A DNA stretch of 63,459 nt, the filler included, from Bigelowiella natans CCMP2755 (Eukaryota > Protista > Cercozoa), in the NCBI GenBank assembly GCA_000320545.1. It is 5 parts of 5 records of this genome, joined end to end, with 100 filler letters (N's around TTAATTAATTAA, not from the genome) between each part and the next. Parts side by side here need not be neighbours in the genome. Positions count along the whole stretch, not along the records: positions 53,300 to 60,971 come from ADNK01001349.1; positions 61,072 to 63,459 come from ADNK01002670.1; 3 more parts are not named here. One strand, 5' to 3'. Shown here in pieces: positions 53,200 through 63,459 of this stretch; the stretch's first letter is position 1; each line of letters starts with the position of its first letter. The notes beneath the pieces are model-generated. The model had not been told where the DNA came from and searched no databases. It saw nothing but the letters and a program-made list of their open reading frames with translations. The position numbers and the translations under genes are program-made.

Positions 53200-53299
53200 N
53201 NNNNNNNNNNNNNNNNNNNNNNNNNNNNNNNNNNNNNNNNNNNTTAATTAATTAANNNNNNNNNNNNNNNNNNNNNNNNNNNNNNNNNNNNNNNNNNNN
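53200..53299. other. Assembly linker 44N-TTAATTAATTAA-44N
   Basis: Same structure as the other linkers. Confidence 0.97.
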
Positions 53300-53753
53300 A
53301 GCACGCCGCCAGGCTTCTGTTGCGGCCCCAACTGCGAGATAGCGCACACAAGCAAGGCCGACACGACGGGGCATTCAGACGTGGTGTTTGTGTATATGTA
53401 GAGGCATATGCAACACTGCTCACGGGAGGGAGGAGGGGGGGAAGGGGGGTGGGGGGAGAGAGGACAGCATCGAAGTTGAACATAGGCGTCGCTGCTACCT
53501 TCTCTACGTCGCTAATCCGGACTCCGAAAACGGTGATTTCCTTGTTGCCGCGGGATGATGATGATGGCGGTGGTGGTGGCGGCTTCGCATCGCTGCTTGC
53601 TTCCACCTTGACAGAGGCGTCGCCGCTGCTGCTGACAATGCCCGCGGAGACACCACTCTTATCGTTGCTACTGGTGCTCAGGTTCTCGTATGGCTTTGAC
53701 CCGTACTGAGTTATCACAAACAGCGTGGATGCAGGGGTGCTTTGATAAAGATG

Positions 53754-53795
<42 letters not shown>

Positions 53796-53904
53796 CTATA
53801 TATAATATTAGCCGTGGATGAGGATGCTTGGAGTGAAAGCATGTACTTCGTTAATAAACGGAGCGGCGTTTCATGGATGGCCAGGACGACGAAGCACGCG
53901 CGCG

Positions 53905-53954
<50 letters not shown>

Positions 53955-54507
53955 TAGCATATCGAGGGCTTGAATCTCGACCCGACCTTGTGAATGTCCT
54001 CCAACAAACGAGTGGAGGCTTCCATTGATTTTGAGTATTCTCCGCTATAAGCCTACAGATTACGTCTTACCGTTACCCGCCATCACATCATCATCATCAT
54101 CATCATCATCGTCATCATCATCGTCGTCGTCGATCGCTCGTCGCTGATTTTCCATGTCGGGAGATGATATAGACACACATATGGCAACAACCCTTCCCAT
54201 CCCCACATCCTCATTTCACACAAAAACGACGATTCTTCTTTTTTTCATCCGAGTCGGTTGCGGAGAGTGTATGCAGTATCACCCTTGTGCGCTTTCGATT
54301 TTCCTTTTTGCTCTAAATGGATGGGTTGTGCAAAGTTGGGAGGGAGGAGGGTGAGGCGCGCACGGGGGGATGTAAATATGAGCACAATAAGGGGTCTGCG
54401 CGTGTTTGTGTGTGTGTTTTGTTGCGGTTTAAATAGGGAGAGGGGGGGGGAGGGGGGTTCAACCCCGCTCGAATTCGTCATGACGAACCGTCGAGTTTAT
54501 CGAGAGA

Positions 54508-54555
<48 letters not shown>

Positions 54556-54714
54556 ATACTGATTACTTATAGACATCGTGGTGTAGCTGTACAACGGAAC
54601 GCACCTCTTTCGCATGCACTCCGGTAGCCCCTGCGTGAACCTCTCTACCCTATACTTGAATTGATCTACAAACGGCCTGGAGGGGGGAACACATGAGGAT
54701 GGTGGTGGTGGTAG

Positions 54715-54752
<38 letters not shown>

Positions 54753-56388
54753 CACTTCGAGGAGCGATAATGACACGTACAACAGATTCTTCGCATCACA
54801 AAAACGGAAATACGGGGAGGGGGGGGGGGAAACAGTTTTTCATGTCATCTCAATGGAAAACACATTGTCTCCGACAGAAAGGCATGAAATAATAGCCCAA
54901 CCCCCGCTTCCCCCTTAGCCCTCCCTGCAGCAGTCAACTATCACTGTTCTCATTATTACTGATCTCGAAAAGGGCGGTATTGGTTGTAGAAGATGGGGCC
55001 TATCTTAGCGCCCTCGACGGAGTTCCCAACCCTTTGCGTGAAGGGAGGCAGTCCCCACTTCCGCAGCGTCTGAGTAGCATAACATATTTGTTAACCCAGC
55101 AGTAAGCACACCGTGGCAAGGAAGGAAGAAACACGTACGATGGCGACGAGGAGAAACATGCGGAGTAGGAGGGGGGGGTAGGCAGTCATTTGGGCACTGC
55201 CAAGCAATGCGCGTATGACGCAGATATTATCCCACACGTATTTGCACATTTTAGGCCAGTGCGAAACCTCTCCTACTACTACCACTGCTACCGCTACTAC
55301 TACTACTACCTCTTCGCGATGCCACATCGTTATTAAATCCATGATGGTAGGAGAGCTCCCCTGATACAAAAACAGCACTAATTAGTCGCCCAACGTCGTC
55401 TTCACATGATGTGTCCACATTCCACTCCATGCCACACTTCTCACATTCACTAGGTTTTCCGCCCCAATATCCCCCCCCCCCCTCGCTTCTCCCTCGAAAA
55501 TCATCCCAACCATGTGTAAGCCGTCGGCCAACAGCCCGCCACACGACTCCGCGTAAAGCTCGTTCTTTCTCCTTGTGAGCACATATCTCGCCGAAGCATA
55601 CCGTGCCGCCCTAGGGGGGGACCGGAAATGTAAGGTGCAGTCACGATTATTATCAAAACGCCCGTTGCATTTTGGGACATCATCATTTCGCAGCGAACCT
55701 TCGTCTTCTCTTCTCCTCCGAAGGCTTGCTATCCGAGGCGCCACCGGTCGATTTCCGAGACTTGGAGGAAGGCCTGGCAGCCTCCACAGCTACTTCTGGC
55801 TCTTGCTCAGCCTGCACGATAATGTTTCATGGATCAGCATGAAGCCTTTTGCGAGACAGACCACCGAGAGAGGTCAAAGTGGAAGGCGAGGGGGGTGGTG
55901 GGGGTGGTAGCAGCGAAAATGAATGAATATGCACCTCTGCTTTGAGATCCTCGAAAACTTTTTTAGAACCTCGCTTTAATTGAAGCGCCTATGTCACAGT
56001 TAGTATTTAAAATTATGGCAAGAAGATGATGTATATATGATGCTGGGGTTTATGCTGTCAGGGCAGGGCCATTCCGTGAATGCAATCTCTCTTGTTCGGT
56101 TCCAAATTCCGTTCAGAATTTCAAATATTATTCGTGATAAATTTCAGCTGAAATCGTTGTTGCATTGGTTAATTCTTCTTACCGCGCGGTACCATATGGT
56201 ACCCTGAGGGTTGAACGTTGTGCAATTTTCGATGATAAGGAGGAAATCTGTCTGAAAGTCCTCCCAGTTTTCGTATCTGAAAACGATAGTTGGATTGATT
56301 TCTTGCATTGCAGTTAAATGTAAACTTTTGTCTCTCATGAACGGATAAACACAAATGTACGTGTGTAAATATAATTCTTTCTCGCTCT

Positions 56389-56441
<53 letters not shown>

Positions 56442-57079
56442 GCGCTCGCGCTCGCTCGCACACACACACAACACACATATGTATACCTTGCATATGTTTC
56501 TATTTACTTTCCGTCCTTTTTCTAGTTTTCATCGTGTTAAAGTCCATAGGCTTGAGAATAATGTCGTAGTACTGAGGAACCTGTTTATGTTAGAAACTGC
56601 GGCGCGCGGGGGGGAGGGGGGGAACGGAAACTTAAACTATGTAGCAGCATACCACGTTTCGAGCCCTACAGGCTCGGTGTGAGATTAATGTATTCACAGT
56701 GCCCGTACCTCTCCTTTATCGACAGGATAGTGAAAGAACTTGTGCCGATCCTTCTTTTTCAACTTATCAAGAGCTTCCTCAAGCGCTTTTTTCAAAGGCC
56801 GCCGGCCTGTGATCGGAACGCATTTCATCAACCCATACATCGTGGCAAGGCAAAAAGGAGGAGAGTGGGACACAATGAACAAAAGATTCACGTCCTAAGG
56901 TCTCGGAGAGTCCAATTGGTTCCTCTCAGAGACCTCCTTCATAGCCGGGCAGGCTCGGGTATGTGCATGACGCAGATAGCAACTTCGGTGGAGAAGCTCC
57001 TTCCAAACCAGAGAAAGAAACCTCTTTAAGAACCTTTGCTATCCCCCGAGGAGGGCTTTTTGCGCTTGCGGCTGGACAT
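53300..57079 (-). CDS. Bromodomain-containing protein (BRD7/9-like N-terminal bromodomain), 3' end lost at the gap
   Basis: Starts MSSRKRKKP (NLS-like). LDKLKKKDRHKFFHYPVD-VPQYYDIILKPMDFNTM and YENWEDFQTDFLLIIENCTTFNPQGTIWYRA form a bromodomain. Confidence 0.85.
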
Positions 57080-58133
57080 TGTGAAAGTGGGAGTGGAACG
57101 GCGCTTGTAGCTTTAGCAGCCAGTGTCCTGGTGTATTCTATTTCTTTTGAATTGATCCGTTTGGATTTAAGTTTGCAGCGCTAGAGGGCGGGGAGCTGTA
57201 TCCGGGGGGGGATCTTGCGACTCTGTTTCGCCTGGACCTCAAATTTTCAGATTAGAAAGTTCGAAATGTTTTGCCTGTTATAGCTATTCTATTCCTAATT
57301 ATGAAATTAAATCAAGACGTAAAATTTGAATAGAGATGGATAAGGAACAAAGAACTTTTAAGTGATTCAAAGATATGCTTGAAAGATATGGTAATCCTAT
57401 GAGTTGTCTAATATTTAGCCTTATATTTAGATGAAGGAATATATTTACAATAATTTTGATGTCGTATATATATTTTATACAATGATTAAAAATATATTAT
57501 TCAATTTAAGTGCACAATTTCTTTTATATAATCTGAAAAAAGGAGGTTTTACTCGTATTCAGACCTCAGATATAAAAAATTAAATAATAATTTTACGGCA
57601 TTCATAAAAATTAATAACGACAAGTTTAATGAACAAAACATGCTACAATATAAGTATATTATGCATATATAGTCAAGCCATATATTCCTCTATGTACCTG
57701 AAATTTCAATCTGGAAAGAGAGTCCACAGATTAATAAAATGCAGGCGATTTGTAGTTTATGCCTGAGAAACTTTCGGGATAACGTGATTCCCCATTAGGA
57801 TCTGGCTGAAATACCGGGACACCGGGATTGTTGCTCGAAAACCTCGATCAGCCGAGTTATTTGTCGATTGATTTCGCGTCGCCCGCCATTTTTGTTGGAG
57901 CACGGAGGACTTGATTTTTTAGGTAGAAATATATACCTGAAACTAGGCAAGCTCGCTTGCAAAATTTCCACAAGCAAATTTCTGGCGCGAGGGTGTATTC
58001 TTTAGAGATACTCAAAACTATTTCAGTTATTTACCGGATATAACTATGTCTAAATAGAGCCTTCCAAGTGGCCAGCGGAGCAGAACTGCACAGAGAATGA
58101 TCACGGTCGTTGGCCCTCGCCTGTGAAACACCC

Positions 58134-59263
58134 ATGGAATCAACAGGCACAGACGACGCTGTGATTCGTCAGATTGACACCAAGCTGAAGGGACTAGGCC
58201 TATTCGAAAGCCTAAGGGTTTGTGTTGGCGTTTTACTGTAAACTTGCACCAGGACCTGAGCTTAATCCTGAGGAGTTGGCTGCTTGATAAAATCAGGATG
58301 TTATCCGGAAATACGCAAGAGACAGCGGCGGAGCGGCCTTCGGAAAGGCATCTGGATCTTCTTCATCATCCTCCCCCCTTTCTTCATTGTCGGAGGCAGA
58401 GATCATGGCATCAGTTTTACGTTTCCTCAACGACCAGTAAGCTGCAAACCGCTTATCCTCAAAAACCCTATTTAAGCGAAAGCTTACAACATACAACCAT
58501 TCCACTTTCAGAACCACACGAAATGCGTGTTTCCCCATCACAAACCATTCCGAAAGCGCAACCGAGACATCAGACGCGCTGCGTAGAGAACTGGTAGGAA
58601 AACTATGAATCACTAATGCTGAAGAAGAACAAATCTCGCAGACCCTACAAATGTATCGCTTCCCGCCGTCGTATATAGTGGCCCGACATGCATGTTTTGG
58701 TTCGCAGGTTGTCTACGTGGATGGTGGTAAGGCATTCGTCGATAATCTGACGGGTCAAGATCAGAGAATTTCAGCTATTGCATCGGACTTCAAGTTTCCA
58801 AACAGCACCCCCCCTACCACCGGTGCTGTAGGAGAGGGAGACGGAAGGTCGTAGCCGAGTTTTGGTATTTTGAGCAAAGATGGAAGTCAATGAGGTGTAC
58901 TGTGAGGGGTGGTTCTGAGGGGTGGTTCTCAGAAGCGATGTTCACTACGGCAGCGCTTTCGCATTAATTCTGTATTCACCACCTTGCTTCAGGTCCACGC
59001 TCGAGCTCTGCATGCAGCTCGGAGGGAGGCGGGTAGCTTTCGTTATTTTATACGTTTTTGCGTGAGTAGCACTTGCCGCGCTGCGATTGCTATGCTCTCC
59101 CGTCGTTTTCTTTAGTCGTTTGTGGTGGATGTTTGCCCTCGATCTAGGTCCGCACGGTGAGGGTTCCAGCGACAGTCGAGCCTGATTTCGGAGGCGAGTG
59201 GTGAGAGTGTGTTAATGCATATAGAATCCTTCCACCTGTGTAGTTACTTACTCCACATTGAAT

Positions 59264-59319
<56 letters not shown>

Positions 59320-59867
59320 TATATACACACACATATGTATTTATAACATAAACTAAATTCAAACACAGGTGAAATGATAGTTCCATGAATTGTCGTTTGT
59401 GATTCTTCTTATTTACGATTTCCTTATTTCCTCCTCCTCCTTCTCTCTCCCCCCCCCACCCTTCCTTCCTTCCTCGCAGCTATAGATTCCCCCTGCAGGA
59501 CGACGTATCCGAGTCCTTGGAGTCGATAGATTCTTTGCTGGACCTGGTAGGAGTAGTACTTTGGGAATGCTAATCGCATGAGCAGTTAAAACAGATTATG
59601 CGGGATGGGGCGCACACACTTGTTACTATCGTCGTCACACAATCACTATCATTGGAGATAGATCTCCAATATCCATCGACGCGAACCCCTTCATTTCGAC
59701 CTTCATTCCCACCCCCCCCCCCTACCCCTTACTCTAGAGACAGCCGTTGTCCATTCGAATGGTGAAACGGGATGGCAGCGGCGGGTCGCCGACATTGGTA
59801 ATGATGACCGATTTGCGATTCCACAGCTACACCAGCCAGAGAGAAGAAGAGAGTGGACGCGAGGGAG

Positions 59868-59905
<38 letters not shown>

Positions 59906-60082
59906 GAGACAGAGGGAGGGACTTCCTGTCGTATTTGTGGTGTTAGTTGCTATTCTTCTTTTTCTTCATCTTCTTCTTCTTGTTGTTGATTAGGTTGCGT
60001 GCCAGGAATTCGAATGGCGCAAAGTAAGTATGTTTAGCTGGAGTAGCGCGCGATCTAGCGAATGAAGGGCACTCCCTGTGCC

Positions 60083-60137
<55 letters not shown>

Positions 60138-60245
60138 ATGTGTGCGTGTGCTTCAATTGTGATATGTTCCGAGACGGGAGCACGCAAGGAAGTCAGCGTT
60201 GTCTTACGACATTGTCATCATCATTGTCGTCATTACCATCATTAC

Positions 60246-60278
<33 letters not shown>

Positions 60279-60434
60279 GTATCATCATCATCACACATGA
60301 CGCATCCTCGCGCATGCCTGCATCTGATGTCGATGGCGCTGATGCGATGTTGGTGGCTGCTGCCTTCCTCCAGGTGCTAGTGCATGGAAGGCTCAAGGTC
60401 TCACTTCCCCTCAAAGGTGTGTGTGCGTGTGCGT

Positions 60435-60465
<31 letters not shown>

Positions 60466-60685
60466 CTGCTACTTGAGCGACATCGAAAGCGCACATGCTA
60501 TTCTGCCTCTCATCATCTCGCCAACCCCCTTCCCATCTCCTGTTTGTCGCTGCTTTTCTCACTGACCACCACCACCATCATTATTATCGTCATCGTCATC
60601 GTCATCGTCATCATCATCATCATCATCATCATCGATACGCGTGTATACATAAAGGTGTCGGGGAGCTTGTTGGACCTGCAGGTGG
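58134..60685 (+). CDS. CEP76: CEP76-like centrosomal protein, N-terminal C2 region; 3' part lost at the gap
   Basis: IRQIDTKLKGLGLFESLR, VYVDGGKAFVDNL, VRVPATVEPDF and PLSIRMVKRD...TL-VACQEFEWRK-VL parallel the CEP76 motifs GGKAFL, PVPCACEPDF and LVASYFLEWRSVL. Confidence 0.8.
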
Positions 60686-60971
60686 TGATTTGAAGACAAG
60701 TAGCAGCAGCAGTAGTAGTAGTAGTAGTAGTAGTAGTATCAAAATATATATATAGGGTTTCCTTTCTCTTCGTTGTCCTTCTGGGAAGTTATGCCCTTGC
60801 TCAAGGCAACGACGGCAGTCACGATAACGATGGCGCACGATCAATCGCATGCTTATGCGCCTGTGTCTGTCAAGGCTCTGATTCCCCAAACGCAGATTGC
60901 TTACACCTAAAGACGATATTCGCCATGGCGACCGTCATCATCATCATCCTCCTCCTCACCCCCCCCCCCCC

Positions 60972-61071
60972 NNNNNNNNNNNNNNNNNNNNNNNNNNNNN
61001 NNNNNNNNNNNNNNNTTAATTAATTAANNNNNNNNNNNNNNNNNNNNNNNNNNNNNNNNNNNNNNNNNNNN
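60972..61071. other. Assembly linker 44N-TTAATTAATTAA-44N
   Basis: Same structure as the other linkers. Confidence 0.97.
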
Positions 61072-61594
61072 CTCTCCCTTTCTGTTGCTATAGGGCGGGG
61101 GAGGGGATTAAATAATCGGCGGATGTTTCCTCGCATGTTGTTTGTTCTTCTCTAAAGGGTTCGCTTTTTTTTTTTTTTTTTTTTTTGTCCCACCCTTTTC
61201 CCCCCAACATTGGCCCTACTTCCGGCCCTTTACATCTCCCAATAAGGTCTTTTTTTGCCTTGAAGCATATATATATGTACATAGGTATTTGTCTTTATTT
61301 TTTCTTTTTTTTATGGGCTCCGCTTTCAGTTCATAAAACCCTTCCCCCAATCCCTCCCCAAAAAATTAAAAAAAAAAGGGGGGGGTTCCCCCCCCCCCCC
61401 CCCCCCCCCCCCCCTCTTCCTCCTCCTCCTCCCTGCTGCATTCCAGATGTTCCTTTCATGTGCGGAGGATGAATATAGACAACATTGTCTTTTCCACATT
61501 CTGTTATTATTGATCGATCTAATGGCCTTGCGAGCAGATTACACGGGAGAGGTCACAAGCCCCCTTCTGATTGAATTTTATCCCCCACCTGCCA

Positions 61595-62118
61595 GGTTAT
61601 TTCGGGTGGCATCACGAACATGCTTTTCAGAGCAGGATTTGTGGGAAGTACTTCCTTGGAAAATCTATCCAAAAAAGAAGCACGCACGAACAACCTCCCA
61701 AATGTGCAATAAGAAACTAAAATTATTCATTTTATGTGTCATTTTTTAACATATGTGTCTGCATGTGTGTGTGTGTGTGTGTGTGTGTGCGTGCGTACGC
61801 GCGTGTTATCATATACAGGTAACAAGCCTCCTGTTCTTGTTCGCATATTTGGAGCTGAGGGTTGTGCTTTTGTCAACATGAACGTGCTAACAGCAATATA
61901 CACACTGCCAACGTTGCATCCGTATGCTGCTGCTTTCTCACACAGTGTCCTTCTCATGTGTGCTTTCAACACCAAGCGCTGATTTTCCTTCGCACTTCCC
62001 TATTTTGTTCGTAATAAACCCATTTTTAAGGTATGATCGACCGCAGCGTGGAGAATGAAACGTAAGCAAGCAGCTGCTACTCTCCTCTTAGTCTCTCCTC
62101 TTCCTCTAGCATTTGCCA

Positions 62119-62155
<37 letters not shown>

Positions 62156-62592
62156 CATTACGACATCTTACCGCCGGTAGTCATCATACACGGGTGAGAG
62201 CGAGGCAGTGGCGACGGAAGAGATAGGCTACTACGACGCCATCGATGATGTGGTATGATTGTGTTTCATAAGGTATAAATGGCTCGCTTACGAGGGTATC
62301 GCTCCGAGTTACTATGGGAGGTTACCTACTGGCAAACCGTGCACATATACGATAGAGAGCAGGAACCGCAGTGTGGACAATGCTTTGCTGATGAAAGCCG
62401 TAGCTGGTGTTTTGCCGATGTTATGTAGCAGTTGATCTAGGTGTTCACGCCATCCTAATCGCGGCTGCGACTGCTCTTTCTGTTCGCGCTTTACTCTGTA
62501 AACTCAGGTTTGTTAATGGCCGCTGTGAGGCGTTTCACGACGGTTACCAAGCGTGCACTTTGGAGGATTTGAGAAACCCTAAGGTATGTCGA

Positions 62593-62632
<40 letters not shown>

Positions 62633-62887
62633 ATGTGTGTATGTGTGTATGCATGCGCGCGTGTATTATCAGCTTTGTGGATCAGTTTTTCCCGCGTCTG
62701 TATGAATATATCGGTCATATGCCGATACAGTAACGATCTAAGTTCGGGGTGTTTATGTTCTTCTAATGCTGCTGCTACTGCTGCTGCCGTTTTGACATCA
62801 ATCAAGTTGAGTTCCATGATCGCTAGAGAGCTTGCCAAGCTGCATAAGGTGTTTGGATGGATGCTGCTACACGTGTGTATATGCGAA

Positions 62888-62926
<39 letters not shown>

Positions 62927-62954
62927 GTATATTATGTGAAAATGTCCCCCCATT

Positions 62955-62998
<44 letters not shown>

Positions 62999-63459
62999 CC
63001 TCCTTGGAAAGATGAATTTGTTGATGATGACGCTCTGAGCTCCGTTCCCCCCCCCTCCCCTATCCTGGCTCCTCGAGCAGCTCAAGCTTCCTTCTCACAT
63101 CTCACGACTACACTCAAAAGTCGGGCTATGGGACCAAATGCACAGCTGGCTTCGATCTGCCAAGGTAGTAGCGATGGGACGTAGTCGTCGTCGTCGTCGT
63201 CGTCGTCTTTATTGGTGTTGTTGTTGTTGTTGACGGCGAGGATGATGGGGTGGAAATGATGATGGTGGGGATGGTGATGATAATGATGATGAGGGTGGTG
63301 GTGAAAACACGATGACGATGACCGCCACGCATGGATGGGAAGCTGGCCCTCTTTCCTTTCTCCCCTTACGAACACGCATCCACGCATGCATGCGCGCAAA
63401 ACATCGTCTCGTCGTCCAGACGCTCAGAAAGCACCTCGCAAGTGCAAAACGATACCTCA
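61595..63459 (+). CDS. Choline/ethanolamine kinase, N-terminal part, runs off the window
   Basis: Exons read VISGGITNMLF, PVLVRIFGAE-GMIDRSVE, GIAPSYYG-RFVNGRCEAF, IARELAKLH and LWDQMHSW. Confidence 0.88.

Noticed and set aside
2953-60685. Ciliary gene cluster (STK36, calcyphosin-like, CEP76)
   Set aside because: The genes lie on different contigs and are interspersed with unrelated genes; there is no evidence of functional clustering.
61072-61440. Homopolymer-rich segment after the last gap
   Set aside because: It looks like low-quality read-end sequence.
4326-63399. Numerous ORF-track entries with CVCV, HTHT, YIYI, SLSL or poly-D/H/S runs
   Set aside because: They are translations of intronic microsatellites, not proteins.
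1-63459. CRISPR arrays, rRNA or tRNA genes
   Set aside because: No repeat-spacer arrays or recognisable structural RNA genes were seen; the only tRNA-like stretch is the retrotransposon PBS.

Overview
Eukaryotic (protist-type) genomic DNA, very intron-dense, with introns packed with microsatellites. It is made of five contigs joined by artificial 44N-TTAATTAATTAA-44N linkers. CEP76, STK36 and a PPR gene suggest a flagellated alga; a chlorarachniophyte-like source is only a guess. Contents in order: 5' half of an intact Ty3/gypsy LTR retrotransposon; 3' part of an STK36/Fused-like gene; a divergent eIF2-gamma-like gene followed in tandem, and apparently in frame, by a divergent eIF2-alpha-like gene; two hypothetical genes; an aldehyde oxidase-type molybdo-flavoenzyme with a hydrophobic tail; a UhpC/GlpT-type MFS transporter; an EEP-phosphatase/EF-hand gene; a calcyphosin-like gene; a PPR gene; a DEP+PH gene; a bromodomain gene; CEP76; and a choline/ethanolamine kinase. 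The most striking signal is non-coding: sharply bounded intergenic tracts (16110-16309, 16770-18480, 44101-44550, partly 2410-2820) have lost almost all TpA dinucleotides. A 149-bp inverted repeat gives the likely direction: 21 of 22 TpA in one arm are TpG or CpA in the other. CpG is retained and CTAG is spared. This points to a region-targeted, both-strand A-to-G hypermutation at TpA, the reverse of fungal RIP. All counts are by hand and exon boundaries are manual inferences.
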